Program-made: the position numbers and the translations under genes
DNA from: Methanobacteriota archaeon
Lineage (GTDB): Archaea; Thermoplasmatota; Thermoplasmata; SG8-5; JAGLSY01
Direction: 5' to 3'
DNA: 64,000 bases
NCBI GenBank assembly: GCA_020696385.1
Contig: JAEHCQ010000005.1
Location: 8,311 to 72,310, forward strand
Notes under the pieces: model-generated
Databases searched by the model: none
Told to the model about the DNA's origin: nothing
What the model saw: only the letters and a program-made list of their open reading frames with translations
Shown: positions 19,892 to 30,192 of the stretch, in pieces
Numbering within the stretch: the stretch's first letter is position 1
Layout: each line of letters opens with the position of its first letter

Positions 19892-20698
19892 CTAACTGTA
19901 CATCGATGGTCTTGCTGGTGTTGCTGACTGCTTGGTCTTGGTCTGCTTGTGGATGAGCTTCAATTGCGATTCAATTCTTTCAGCCTCATCATACAGTGGT
20001 TTTGCATCCAGATCAATATGTAAAAGCATCTTATTGATGGTCTCTATTATCCTGGCAGCTGCTCTGGCATCAGGATAATCAGGATGTGCCTCTGCAAGTA
20101 TCGTGGCGACACTGAAATCCCTTCGCCTTCCCTCATTGAGCAGAACACCCGCAACCCCGGTTATGACGCCTTCAGTGAACTCGGAGACTCCGCTTTCTTT
20201 GAGAATATCATTTGCCACTTTGGTACTGCCAACACCGTATATCTCAAGGCCAGTGTCATCATCATCCTTCTTATCGGCCTCCACGGTCTTGCCCTCTTCA
20301 TCTTCCCTGTCAATGACAAGTCCCTCTGGAGAAACGACCATCTTGCATCTCTGGTCCTCTGCCCAGTCAAGAAGTGCGCTGGCAATTGGTTTTACAAGAT
20401 TTGGCGGTGGCTGGAATTCGGATATGAAGACCACGATCTGATCTTTATTGTCATCAGAATCCCCCACTTTCTCACTGGCATATATCCGGACAGGGTTCTG
20501 TGGTTTCCCTTCACGGATCAATGATACCGTAGGAAAATAGACGGAATCCATTATGCCGATCTGTGTCAATTTCATTGTATTGATCAGATAGTTAGCGGCG
20601 ATAGAGCTGACAAGACCAACACTGGGAAAGCCATCTATTACAGTGGCTCCTCTAACATCCGCACGCTTCAGCTCATAGATCTTAACATCTTCTGGCAT
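19892..20698 (-). CDS. PAC2-family proteasome assembly chaperone-like protein
   Basis: IDGFPSVGLVSSIA, PVRIY, ITGVAGVLL, YPDARAAA. Confidence 0.9.
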   Translation of the reverse strand: MPEDVKIYELKRADVRGATVIDGFPSVGLVSSIAANYLINTMKLTQIGIMDSVYFPTVSLIREGKPQNPVRIYASEKVGDSDDNKDQIVVFISEFQPPPNLVKPIASALLDWAEDQRCKMVVSPEGLVIDREDEEGKTVEADKKDDDDTGLEIYGVGSTKVANDILKESGVSEFTEGVITGVAGVLLNEGRRRDFSVATILAEAHPDYPDARAAARIIETINKMLLHIDLDAKPLYDEAERIESQLKLIHKQTKTKQSATPARPSMYS

Positions 20699-20779
20699 CC
20701 ATCGACCTCAACCCATTATTTATTACAGCATACTTAATAACTATCACTGAAACAAATACTCTGAAATGTGATGAATATA

Positions 20780-20915
20780 AACGTATTAGTTTTTCTAATC
20801 GCTAGTAAGATGTAGAATATTGGCGATATTGGAACAAACGCTCAGGTCATAGATAACTGTGAACGCGTTAGTTCTTCTAATCGCTAGTAATATACAAAAT
20901 ATAGGCGATTAGAAA
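20780..20915. repeat. two diverged ~50-bp direct repeats (period 82) with an internal inverted repeat, between divergent genes
   Basis: TTCTAATCGCTAGTAA at 20793 and 20875; second copy forms TTCTAATCGC..GCGATTAGAA. Confidence 0.75.
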
Positions 20916-21009
20916 AATTCTGAGCAACATTGGATCAAACACTTTGTTGATAAGTTAAATATAATCATCAAGATGCACAAATATAATATCAAATAGGAGC
21001 TATGACAGG

Positions 21010-21657
21010 ATGATGAGACCAGAGATCATTGTGAACTGCGCGATGTCGGCTGATGGCAAGATCGCAGGCAGGGAACGAAAACAGGTCAAGATATCCGACC
21101 AGGCAGACTTCAAAAGAGTGCATGAATTGAGAAATGAATGCGATGCCATTCTCATTGGCATCGGTACAGTCATTGCGGATGATCCATCGCTCATTGTCAA
21201 GGAAAAATATGTAGATGATCCAAGCCAGCCCATTAGGATTGTCCTAGATCCTAATGGCAAATGCTCGGAAGGATCACTTGTACTGGATAATACGATCGTC
21301 ACCCTCATCATCACCAATGAGCAATGCCAGCGCGAGTTCCAGGGAACCAATACCAGAAAATTATCATTCGGCAAAGATAAGGGGATCGACTTGACCCGCA
21401 TGCTGGAGCATCTCTACGGTATGGGCATCAAGAAGATACTTGTGGAAGGAGGCGGGGAGACCATCTGGCATTTCTTCAAGGCCAAATGTGTTGATAGACT
21501 AAGCATCTTCGTAGGAGATATCATAATCGGGGGCAGAACATCACCGACGCCGGTGGACGGTGATGGATTTGGTCTCGAAGAGCATGTACAACTTGTTTTC
21601 AAGAATATGAAGAGAATGGAAACTGGTATTGTTGTTGAGTATGAAATAAACTACTAG
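21010..21657 (+). CDS. 2,5-diamino-6-ribosylamino-4(3H)-pyrimidinone 5'-phosphate reductase (RibD C-terminal family)
   Basis: AMSADGKI, VHELR, GIGTVIADDPSL, LVEGGG. Confidence 0.92.
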   Translation: MMRPEIIVNCAMSADGKIAGRERKQVKISDQADFKRVHELRNECDAILIGIGTVIADDPSLIVKEKYVDDPSQPIRIVLDPNGKCSEGSLVLDNTIVTLIITNEQCQREFQGTNTRKLSFGKDKGIDLTRMLEHLYGMGIKKILVEGGGETIWHFFKAKCVDRLSIFVGDIIIGGRTSPTPVDGDGFGLEEHVQLVFKNMKRMETGIVVEYEINY

Positions 21658-21698
21658 ACAAAGATATCCAGATCATCTATATTTCTAAATATTATAAC

Positions 21699-22664
21699 TT
21701 AAAAAGCATCCTTGCTGGAATAATATTCCTCGCTGACAACCTTGCCAGTTGCCGCATTTATTATCATCACGCCATTGGTTCCTTCCACACACCAGACCGG
21801 CACGCTGATCACACCCTTGAGAGATAGTGTGACATCTTCCTCCTTTGGCTTGAACTCGGTTCTTTCAGTCACGATTGTGTGTTCCTTTTCTATTATGACG
21901 TCATCGAATTCCGTGTTCAACTCGATGACCTTGGACATGGCCATCGCGGACGCCTCGTGCTCATCGATCTTGGGCTCGATGCGAATATGCGGGATATCAA
22001 GACTATCGATGATATCCGGGACATCATCGCACTTTGTCGCGATGCCAGTATAAGCATTGATAAGAAGTAGACCAGTGTATTTTCTCTCTGCATTTTCTTT
22101 ACCTCTGAAAATGCAGAGATATTCGAAAATGAAATGAGGAATTAATTCCAATTCATACTTGAAGCCCTTCACGGTCTTCTGGGATATCTCTTTCACATCA
22201 TCCAGTTGAATTATCGGTGACTGGATGGCCTCTGTATCCCCGGCGCCGATGCTTTCGATGGTGATCGAGATCTTATCATCGAAGTCCTTGCCTTCAATGA
22301 TCTCCGCCCTCACCATCTCCGTGAACTGCAGGATCGTGGATCCTCCGTGATCATTCACATGGTCGAAGATGATCCCGCCAATCTCCCTCTCGATATCCTC
22401 GGAATCCCACAGTGTGATGCCATTCTCCTCGGCATATTCATATATACTGGGGAGTGGCTTTTTCATTGACGCGATTATCTTGGATGAGGTCGTGCCTCCC
22501 AGCTTTGACTTGAAGTCCTCGATGTAACCAATACTGCACTCATTGACAAAACCCAATGATATCAGCTGATCGCCCTTTTCTCCAGAGAGAACATCATCTT
22601 TCTCGGAGACTTCGAAACCATAGTTCTGTAATAGATGGATTAGGATTCCTTTTAGACTTACCAA
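21699..22664 (-). CDS. hypothetical protein
   Basis: 321-aa acidic ORF; N-terminus loosely resembles Mrr-like folds (LLQNYGFEV..AEENGITLWD). Confidence 0.7.
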   Translation of the reverse strand: MVSLKGILIHLLQNYGFEVSEKDDVLSGEKGDQLISLGFVNECSIGYIEDFKSKLGGTTSSKIIASMKKPLPSIYEYAEENGITLWDSEDIEREIGGIIFDHVNDHGGSTILQFTEMVRAEIIEGKDFDDKISITIESIGAGDTEAIQSPIIQLDDVKEISQKTVKGFKYELELIPHFIFEYLCIFRGKENAERKYTGLLLINAYTGIATKCDDVPDIIDSLDIPHIRIEPKIDEHEASAMAMSKVIELNTEFDDVIIEKEHTIVTERTEFKPKEEDVTLSLKGVISVPVWCVEGTNGVMIINAATGKVVSEEYYSSKDAF

Positions 22665-22843
22665 GCTGATCCCTCAGTGCCAAGCTAGAGTCAAGCACTT
22701 AATTTTGATACCATTGAAATCGCACTTGACTTTATAGTTGCACACCAGAATGATGAACATATTGTTAATCATAAGTACAAATTCTTAAGTGCGCAACTAC
22801 AATCGAACAAATGTATTTTAAGTTTTGTAGTGTATCCGAGGTT

Positions 22844-23803
22844 GTGAAGATCAGATTATCCATTGGAACAGCCATAACCCTGGGCCTTATACGAGGAAAG
22901 CAAAATGTCGACCCCACCACTACGTACATCATGTTGGGTGATGGTTGCACTAACAATTGCTCTTTCTGCACCCAGGCTACCGAGAATGATTCGTCAAAGG
23001 ATCATCTGTCGCGGGTGATGTGGCCGGAGTTCGAATGGGAAGATGTCATCGGCAAGCTGGCAGTATCAGATTCAATGAAACGAGCATGCTTTCAAACACT
23101 AACATATGATGGGATGGTGGATGATCTACTGCAATTGGTGAAGGAATTGAAGAAGATCAATATCCCGACATCTGCGGCGGTAAAACCAATGGATGATGAT
23201 GACCTTGCCAGACTCAATGATGCGGGATTGGGCAGGATCGGAATATCCATTGATGGCGCCAGCCATTCCGTGTTCGAGAATGTGAAAGGATCTTTAGTTG
23301 GTAATCCATATTCATGGGAAGAACATCTGCGATCCCTCGAAAAGGCAAGCCAGGTATTCAAGGGGAGGACCAGCACGCATATCATTGTCGGGCTGGGAGA
23401 GACCGATGAGGACATCATGAATATTCTTGACTGGTGCAATAACCGGAATATCACTGTGGGGCTTTTTGCCTACACATCATTTCCTGGCGTGAGATGTGAC
23501 GGAGAACCACCAAACCTGGATAGATACAGGACTATCCAGGGTCTTAGATATCTCATGCAGAATGGACATATTCAACCATCTGATACAACAATATCCGATG
23601 GTCGACTGATAAAACTGGGTAATAGCTCGAGCATACGATACAAAATAGAACCAGAGGCTTTTGAGACCTCTGGTTGTAAGGACTGCAACAGACCCTATTA
23701 CAATGAAAGGGTCAGGGGGCCAGCCTATAATTATCCAAGGTCTTTGACAGATGACGAGCATACAGAATCTATAAATCTTATCAAGAGATATTTGAGAGAG
23801 TGA
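22844..23803 (+). CDS. radical SAM protein, LipS2-type lipoyl synthase subunit
   Basis: CTNNCSFC plus C-terminal TSGCKDCNRP; directly upstream of lipoate ligase genes; GTG start after GAGGT. Confidence 0.8.
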   Translation: MKIRLSIGTAITLGLIRGKQNVDPTTTYIMLGDGCTNNCSFCTQATENDSSKDHLSRVMWPEFEWEDVIGKLAVSDSMKRACFQTLTYDGMVDDLLQLVKELKKINIPTSAAVKPMDDDDLARLNDAGLGRIGISIDGASHSVFENVKGSLVGNPYSWEEHLRSLEKASQVFKGRTSTHIIVGLGETDEDIMNILDWCNNRNITVGLFAYTSFPGVRCDGEPPNLDRYRTIQGLRYLMQNGHIQPSDTTISDGRLIKLGNSSSIRYKIEPEAFETSGCKDCNRPYYNERVRGPAYNYPRSLTDDEHTESINLIKRYLRE

Positions 23804-23818
23804 AACTGGAGCGATAAT

Positions 23819-24586
23819 ATGGCTGAGAAGTGGAGATTATTATTGACTGGCGATATGGACGCGGCCTCGAACATGGCACTTGATGAGGCCGTGCTCCGGC
23901 TGAACAAGGATAAGCATGAGGGGACGGTACGCTTCTATTCCTGGAAGCCAAAGGCGATATCCATAGGATATTTCCAGGGAATTCAGGAAGAAACAGATAT
24001 CGAAAAGTGCAATGCCAGTGGAGTGGATGTTGTGCGAAGGATAACTGGCGGCGGAGCCGTATACCACGATGATGAGCTCACCTATAGCATCATCGTGAAT
24101 GAGAAGCATCCCAAGATATCCAACAATATCCTGGAATCCTATGGCCACATCTGCAATGGCATAGTTCTCGGCCTGGAAAAACTGGGCATAAGCTCAGAGT
24201 TCAAGCCCATCAACGACATAATCACGAATGGCAGGAAGATATCCGGAAATGCCCAGACCCGCCGTCTTGGAAATGTACTCCAGCATGGCACAATATTGCG
24301 AACAGTGGATGTCAGGACGATGTTCGACCTGCTCCTTGTCCCGGATGAGAAAATAAGGGACAAGATGATCTCCGCTGTCGAGGAAAGAGTAACATCTATA
24401 TCAGACATATTAGGTGAACGACTAGAAAATGATGTAATCCAAAATGCCATGATCGAAGGGTTCTCCGAGGCTCTTGGTGTAGAATTTGATAAGAATTCTT
24501 GGTTACCCACATCGGATGAATATGTTCTTATGGATAAGATTAGGAGAGAAAAATATGGAAATCGTAAATGGAACTTCAAAAGATAA
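23819..24586 (+). CDS. lplA: lipoate-protein ligase catalytic subunit
   Basis: NMALDEA, SIGYFQ, VRRITGGGAVYHD, NDI..GRKISGNAQ, LQHGT. Confidence 0.93.
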   Translation: MAEKWRLLLTGDMDAASNMALDEAVLRLNKDKHEGTVRFYSWKPKAISIGYFQGIQEETDIEKCNASGVDVVRRITGGGAVYHDDELTYSIIVNEKHPKISNNILESYGHICNGIVLGLEKLGISSEFKPINDIITNGRKISGNAQTRRLGNVLQHGTILRTVDVRTMFDLLLVPDEKIRDKMISAVEERVTSISDILGERLENDVIQNAMIEGFSEALGVEFDKNSWLPTSDEYVLMDKIRREKYGNRKWNFKR

Positions 24587-24884
24587 TTCGCCAGTCATCT
24601 CAAAAGGCAGTTCGATCCACAAGGTTCCGGAGGGAAAGATGATCAAGATATCATTGACCATGACGGATGATATCATAGAAGATGTTCGGATCACAGGTGA
24701 TTTCTTCGCACACCCTGAAGATTCCATCGAGCAAATAGAAAAGAATCTCAAAGGATCAAGATACCCGGACATCCCTAAAAAAATCTATGATCTCATCACT
24801 AGCCAGAAGATACAGTTAGTAGGAATGGATAAGGATGATATCACACACGCAATAAAATTGGCCATCGAAAATATGAAAAGATGA
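24555..24884 (+). CDS. lipoate-protein ligase C-terminal accessory subunit (LplB-like)
   Basis: KVPEGKMIKI, ITGDFFAHPEDSIEQIE; AGGAG RBS. Confidence 0.85.
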   Translation: MEIVNGTSKDNSPVISKGSSIHKVPEGKMIKISLTMTDDIIEDVRITGDFFAHPEDSIEQIEKNLKGSRYPDIPKKIYDLITSQKIQLVGMDKDDITHAIKLAIENMKR

Positions 24885-25035
24885 TTTAGACGTGCCTCAT
24901 GTTAACTACTATATAATTCTAACTAACGTAAAGTATATATATATACAGAATATTCCAACTCTCAATATTACAGAATAGAGGTATCCAGTAAGTGATAAAT
25001 ATCTGTTTTGTGAAATCAGTTAGGAGGAGAAAGTC

Positions 25036-27645
25036 ATGTTTGGAGAGAAGTTAGCCTCACGTGCAATGAAAGTTGGAATGGTCACCATGTTATTCGTGGC
25101 CCTGATGTTCTCAGGAATGTCAGCCATGTTCTCAACCAATCTGGATGCAGAAGCCCAGATACTCGGTGGAGAATACGGTGGAGACCTTCGCGTTGCATTG
25201 AAGGGAGAACCTAATACGTTCAATCCGCTTAGTGATTCAGCGAATGAGCCTGCAATGCAGGTAATTGATATAATGTACGATTCACTGGGACGAATCAACC
25301 CATACACATATGCGCTTGAACCATGGATAGCAGCAGGATGGGAGATAGACCCTGATGATGACAGTATAGTGACCGTAACCTTGAGATCTGATGTCAAATG
25401 GCACGATGGCTCAATGGTCACAATTGAAGATGTAGAGTACACATTCGGGCCAAGCGGTTACAATATCGCTTACATCGATACAATGACCCTGAACACACTC
25501 AACAATTCGATAACATTTGATCTGGATGCACCAGATTCAAGGTTCTTCAGCGAGGTCATAGGCCTCAAGCTCGTTCAGGATGGATATTCAAAGACATCCA
25601 CAGAAGAAATGGGCTGTGGACCTTTCTATCTTGATGCAAGTGATTCAGACAGAGTTCTTGCCTTTGATGATTATTTCAAGGGTAGAGTATATCTGGATTC
25701 CATCACATACACATACTATGATGAGAACCTGGATGCAATATATGACATAATAACAAGCAAGATCGATTTCATAGCCTGGGACCTTACTTCCAATGACACA
25801 ACTTTGATGGTGGAAGTCCCAATAGGTACTGGCGACTACACTAACCTTGTGCAGGATGCAAATGTATCTGTCGAGAGAAGCAGTGGAATGGACTACTGGT
25901 ATCTTGGAATGAACTGCGATGAGGACCATGTTCTATATGAGCCTGCATTGAGAAAGGCAATAGCACATGTCATTGACAAAGCAGCACTCACCGTCTTTGA
26001 TATCGGTGGTGGATTAGAGGTATCGGATTCCATTGTTAGCAAGTACAATGTTCCATGGTACAACTCAACTATCACAACCTACCCCTTCGACACAACCGAA
26101 GCAAGCAAGATCCTCAATGATGCGGATTATTTCGATTACAATGGTGATGGATGGAGAGATATGCCAAATGGTACATCCTTCTCTTTCAAACTTCTTGGAC
26201 CACATGAGCAGGACCTGACACCAAATGTGATGGCAGGCATAGTCGCAGAATGGTTGCAGGACATAGGCATAAACACCGAGCTCGTGGCAGACACAGATGA
26301 GAACCATCTTGTCAACATAGAAGCAAATGACTTTGACATGTTCTTATTCACAGAAGAAAGAGCAAGCATTGATCCACAGTACATCGAAACAATGTACAGC
26401 CTGGATGGAATTGCTACAAGCGATAACCTTCTTAATTTCAAACCAGTTATCGATATAGTGGATGAGTCCATCGCAGACAAGATCGACAATACCACTTATT
26501 CATGCTATCTGAACAATACCAATGTGATAGGAGATGTTGTTCTGGAGAGCAATGGAACCATCATACCAACAGGATATACAGTGGATGACGAAACTGGCAT
26601 GATCACCATAGAGGCAGCTACCTTTGATGCATTGAAACTTGAACAGGGATTGAATGTTTCATATTCATATCTCCCATTCGACCATTTAATGAGTCTCGCC
26701 AATGCACAGATGGATCCAGCAATGAGGTCAAAATACATTATGGAAACACAGGCATTGATCGCAGACTTCATGCCTTCAATACCATTATTCTCATTCCGTG
26801 TGAACCATGCTTACAACAGCTCTGGTTTCATAGGATGGACCAAAACCCTTGGTGGCGTCAATAACTTCTGGTCATTCATCAATCTCAGGAACCACATGAA
26901 TGAAGGAGGCATGGGCGTGTCTATCAGCCTTCCACTTGCAGTATCAGATGATGGTATGCTTGGTGGAGAGGAGATCAATCTCCAGATCAAGGTCGAGGAT
27001 ATTGATGGAAACCCATTGAACATGGCAGACATTGTTCTGAGCGGAGAGGGAACCTTTGGTACCCCAGCTTATGATGTAGGTACAGGCAGTTACACTGTCT
27101 CGTACATGGCTCCAGATATCGAGAGCACACGCACTATCACCATAGTCGCAAGTGCATCAAAGGTATCATACGGCGGAGGCCAGGGTGAGATCGATGTAAC
27201 CATCAGATCATTGACAAATGATTTCACAATAGAGGTCAGTAAAGAAGAGAGCTCCATACCATCGAACAATGCCACAACGATAAGCTATCTGGTTCTGGAC
27301 AGGACAACAAAGGCAGCCGTAGCAGATGCGGATGTCACATTGACCATAACACCAACAGGACTTGGCGGATATCTGTCAGAGTACAGTGGTGTAACAGACA
27401 GTAGTGGAGAGTTCATCGTCACCTTTGGCGCAGACAATGTGACCATCGATACCACCTTCAGTATCTCAATAGAGGTAACGAAGGATTCCTACAATGCAGC
27501 AACAAAATCAACAAGCATCAATGTAGTGAAGATGGATACAGAAGCACCGGACGATGGATTACTGGGTCTCCCAGCACCATCACTGATCCTGGTACTGATC
27601 GCATTTGCTGGTCTTGCCCTTATCGTAAGGGGCAGGAAACAGTAG
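25036..27645 (+). CDS. ABC oligopeptide-binding protein (family 5) with Ig-like domains and C-terminal membrane anchor
   Basis: Signal peptide, EPNTFNP, LRSDVKWHDG, LRKAIAHVID, C-terminal GLPAPS+TM+RGRKQ. Confidence 0.9.
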   Translation: MFGEKLASRAMKVGMVTMLFVALMFSGMSAMFSTNLDAEAQILGGEYGGDLRVALKGEPNTFNPLSDSANEPAMQVIDIMYDSLGRINPYTYALEPWIAAGWEIDPDDDSIVTVTLRSDVKWHDGSMVTIEDVEYTFGPSGYNIAYIDTMTLNTLNNSITFDLDAPDSRFFSEVIGLKLVQDGYSKTSTEEMGCGPFYLDASDSDRVLAFDDYFKGRVYLDSITYTYYDENLDAIYDIITSKIDFIAWDLTSNDTTLMVEVPIGTGDYTNLVQDANVSVERSSGMDYWYLGMNCDEDHVLYEPALRKAIAHVIDKAALTVFDIGGGLEVSDSIVSKYNVPWYNSTITTYPFDTTEASKILNDADYFDYNGDGWRDMPNGTSFSFKLLGPHEQDLTPNVMAGIVAEWLQDIGINTELVADTDENHLVNIEANDFDMFLFTEERASIDPQYIETMYSLDGIATSDNLLNFKPVIDIVDESIADKIDNTTYSCYLNNTNVIGDVVLESNGTIIPTGYTVDDETGMITIEAATFDALKLEQGLNVSYSYLPFDHLMSLANAQMDPAMRSKYIMETQALIADFMPSIPLFSFRVNHAYNSSGFIGWTKTLGGVNNFWSFINLRNHMNEGGMGVSISLPLAVSDDGMLGGEEINLQIKVEDIDGNPLNMADIVLSGEGTFGTPAYDVGTGSYTVSYMAPDIESTRTITIVASASKVSYGGGQGEIDVTIRSLTNDFTIEVSKEESSIPSNNATTISYLVLDRTTKAAVADADVTLTITPTGLGGYLSEYSGVTDSSGEFIVTFGADNVTIDTTFSISIEVTKDSYNAATKSTSINVVKMDTEAPDDGLLGLPAPSLILVLIAFAGLALIVRGRKQ

Positions 27646-27671
27646 ACCGTGGAAAGGATATCAAAAATAAT

Positions 27672-27701
27672 GGGGCAGCTCGAAAGGCTGCCCCAACTTT
27701 T
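27672..27701 (+). terminator. hairpin terminator-like sequence
   Basis: GGGGCAGC..GCTGCCCC then aactttt. Confidence 0.65.
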
Positions 27702-27794
27702 GCTTTTATGTTTTATCTGATGGAGCTTGCTCATTCAATTTGTTAGGTTGGGTGTGGAGGTGTGTCGTTTCCATTTGTTAAGACGGGTGTGGAT

Positions 27795-27830
27795 AAAGAC
27801 ACCCCGCCCCTGCTTTGATCGAGGCGGGGC
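27795..27830 (-). repeat. internally deleted mini-copy of the ~150-bp dispersed repeat
   Basis: Reverse complement GCCCCGCCT-CGATCAAAGCAGGGGCGGGGTGTCTTT joins the two ends of copy A. Confidence 0.7.
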
Positions 27831-27889
27831 TTTATTTGACTCCTCGCATTGAGAGAGCGAGGTGTTTATCTTTTTGCAAGGTCATCGCT

Positions 27890-28041
27890 ACTGTCACTCA
27901 CTGAGAAAATAAAGAGAATACCCCGCCCTTGCGTCCCTCAGGATTGCTCCGTCTGGCAAATATAATAGAATGACTTCGCAACCTTCGAAATTCTGGATAC
28001 TCTATCGAATATAGAACGAATTTCTTCAGGCGGGGCATGTT
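27890..28041 (-). repeat. ~150-bp structured dispersed repeat, copy B
   Basis: Reverse complement begins AACATGCCCCGCCTGAAGAAATTCGT as in 10298 and ends GAGTGACAGT. Confidence 0.85.
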
Positions 28042-28109
28042 CGTACAGTTCTACTGATGAAATGATAATATCATACCATGTTAAAATTATCCAATTGATG
28101 AAAAATTGA

Positions 28110-28140
28110 AAAGGTCTGTCGGGCTTTGAAGGCCCGACAG
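28110..28140 (-). terminator. hairpin terminator after saccharopine dehydrogenase
   Basis: CTGTCGGGC..GCCCGACAG, followed on the minus strand by acctttt. Confidence 0.6.
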
Positions 28141-28172
28141 TATTCTTCTACTTGAGATATGAATTGATAGTT

Positions 28173-29489
28173 CTACTCATATCTCTCGATGAACTTGATA
28201 CCTATGGTCTCGAGTTCATCCATGCACGGCTCGTAGATGTTCTTCGTAACAGGAACATGAACACCAGGTTCTGTTATCTTTCCCTTTAAGATCATCTTCA
28301 CACCAATCGCTGCAGGCAGTCCAACAGTCCTCGCAATGGATGTGTCGCCATCAGGAATACCAAAGTCAAGGAAAGTGGAGGTTATCCTCTGCTTCTCGCC
28401 ATCTGCCTTCACGGTGAGGAACTCGTGGAACATTACGATCATGTCTCTCTCTCCATCTCCAAGCTCCATCCTATCGAGTGATATGACATTGAGATGGTCG
28501 ATCGGTGTATTTGCTCCATTTGGCAATGGCCTGTCACTGAAAAGACCAAGCCATTTCATCCTCTTAATAGCGGTCGCATATGGTGTCAATCCAAGGAATT
28601 TAGCAGTTGCAGCCTCTGCGTCTGCATCTGTTGAACCGATCAGATGGCGGGTGACATCAGCGTATGTTGAGCCATTGAGGCCAGTCAGCTCATCCTCTCC
28701 AAGCCAACCAAGGGCCATGACATTGCGCATTGTCTCGCACCATCCAGTCATACGGAATGTACCTCTGTAAACGGTCTCCGCGTCCCTGAGACCGTATATC
28801 TCCTTGTATGGTACGGAATCTCTGTTAGGGTAGTTCTCGAAAGCCCCCACGCCAGGGACATCGATGATATCATAATTCTCGAACAATTGCTCACCAGGAT
28901 ACTTCCGGACTTGGCCATTCTCCAGCCACTGGGAGGCATTCTTCGATGCGAGCAGAACTCCTCTGGGCGCCCATGAGAACTTGTAGCCAAATGGATTATT
29001 ATTGGCCTCAAATGCCTGAAGCGCGCCTGTTGTGGATCTGAAGGATAATATCTTTCCGCCATTTTCCTGCACTTCATTGATTATCTTCATTGCGGACATG
29101 TGATCGATACCGGGGTCCAGTCCGATCTCATTGAGAATTACAACGCCAGCTGCTTTTGCTTCTGCATCCAGTGCCTTCATCTCCGCGCTAACGTAGGATG
29201 TGGTGACCATGTGCTTCTTGTGTTTGATGCACAATTTGGCGACCTTGACATGGAAGACATATGGAAGAAGGCTGACAGAGACATCGTGCTTCGCAACCTG
29301 CTCTTCCAGGAGCTCGTCCTGGTCAGCAGTAAGAGCCATAGGGGTTCCATCTGGATGACCCGCGATTATCCTCTCGGCCTTGCTCACGGTCCTGCTTGCA
29401 ACAGTTACCGTAACATTCTCTTGATCCAATAAATACCTTACAAGGGGCGGGGCCACGGAGCCTGCTCCCAATACCAATACAGATGCCAT
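28173..29489 (-). CDS. saccharopine dehydrogenase (glutamate-forming; Lys9/AASS SDH domain type)
   Basis: VLGAGSV, VTTSYVS, NEIGLDPGIDHMSA, NNPFGYKFSWAPRGV, YPNRDS, ARTVGLPAAI. Confidence 0.93.
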   Translation of the reverse strand: MASVLVLGAGSVAPPLVRYLLDQENVTVTVASRTVSKAERIIAGHPDGTPMALTADQDELLEEQVAKHDVSVSLLPYVFHVKVAKLCIKHKKHMVTTSYVSAEMKALDAEAKAAGVVILNEIGLDPGIDHMSAMKIINEVQENGGKILSFRSTTGALQAFEANNNPFGYKFSWAPRGVLLASKNASQWLENGQVRKYPGEQLFENYDIIDVPGVGAFENYPNRDSVPYKEIYGLRDAETVYRGTFRMTGWCETMRNVMALGWLGEDELTGLNGSTYADVTRHLIGSTDADAEAATAKFLGLTPYATAIKRMKWLGLFSDRPLPNGANTPIDHLNVISLDRMELGDGERDMIVMFHEFLTVKADGEKQRITSTFLDFGIPDGDTSIARTVGLPAAIGVKMILKGKITEPGVHVPVTKNIYEPCMDELETIGIKFIERYE

Positions 29490-29613
29490 TTATTCACCTC
29501 ATTCGCGGCTCTCATCAAGGAGAACCGTATTGAGAAGGGATGATAGATTCAGGCTACAAATATGTATCTATATAGTAGTGACATATAAGGAAAAAAAGTG
29601 CCATTAATAGATA

Positions 29614-30060
29614 TCATAAAGATACAATATTGTCATAGAATTCATTGTATGAGGACATGGTCAATTTGGCAAAAGGATCACAGGACCTGTAATTGTTCAG
29701 GAAGTCATTTACAATGTCCTCGGCAGTGGTCTCGGAGACCGTCAGGATCTGGTCTCCGTTCTTAAGCTCCTGCTTCTTCGTTACCATATCACCATTTCTA
29801 AGATACTGGCTTATTGAATACAGGATGGTTTTATTGTCATCCATAACAAGCTCGTATTTCAGTTCGAGCTTGTTCTCATTGGATGATATGGTAATGGATG
29901 CCTGGCTCTCCGTTATATTTGTGATGATCAATTTATCATGCCTCTCTAGCTCTTCCTTTAGGTCATTGAAGGCGAGGCTGGCTATCTCCAGGAAATAACT
30001 TTGCTCAATTTCCAGGGACTGCTTGGCGGAATAACTCATCAAAGCATTATTGATTTTCAA
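29614..30060 (-). CDS. hypothetical protein
   Basis: 148-aa ORF co-oriented between the LKR and SDH genes; start uncertain (TTG, or ATG near 30039). Confidence 0.55.
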   Translation of the reverse strand: MKINNALMSYSAKQSLEIEQSYFLEIASLAFNDLKEELERHDKLIITNITESQASITISSNENKLELKYELVMDDNKTILYSISQYLRNGDMVTKKQELKNGDQILTVSETTAEDIVNDFLNNYRSCDPFAKLTMSSYNEFYDNIVSL

Positions 30061-30192
30061 TTTAATTAATGTTTCGAGTTAAGAGGCAATATCATATGGA
30101 TATCCTCAGGCTCCAGCTCGAAGAGATCTCGCTCCAGTCTATCTGTCTCGGGAGCGATATCTCGCCTCTTGCCAGTTTGCGAAATTCTATGC

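Noticed and set aside
22720-22800. Short inverted repeats and an ATGATGA box (C/D sRNA?)
   Set aside because: No matching CTGA D box; the stems are short and could be chance.
24486-24586. Frameshifted lplA pseudogene
   Set aside because: The second ORF has its own RBS and ATG, and bipartite LplA/LplB is established in Thermoplasmata.
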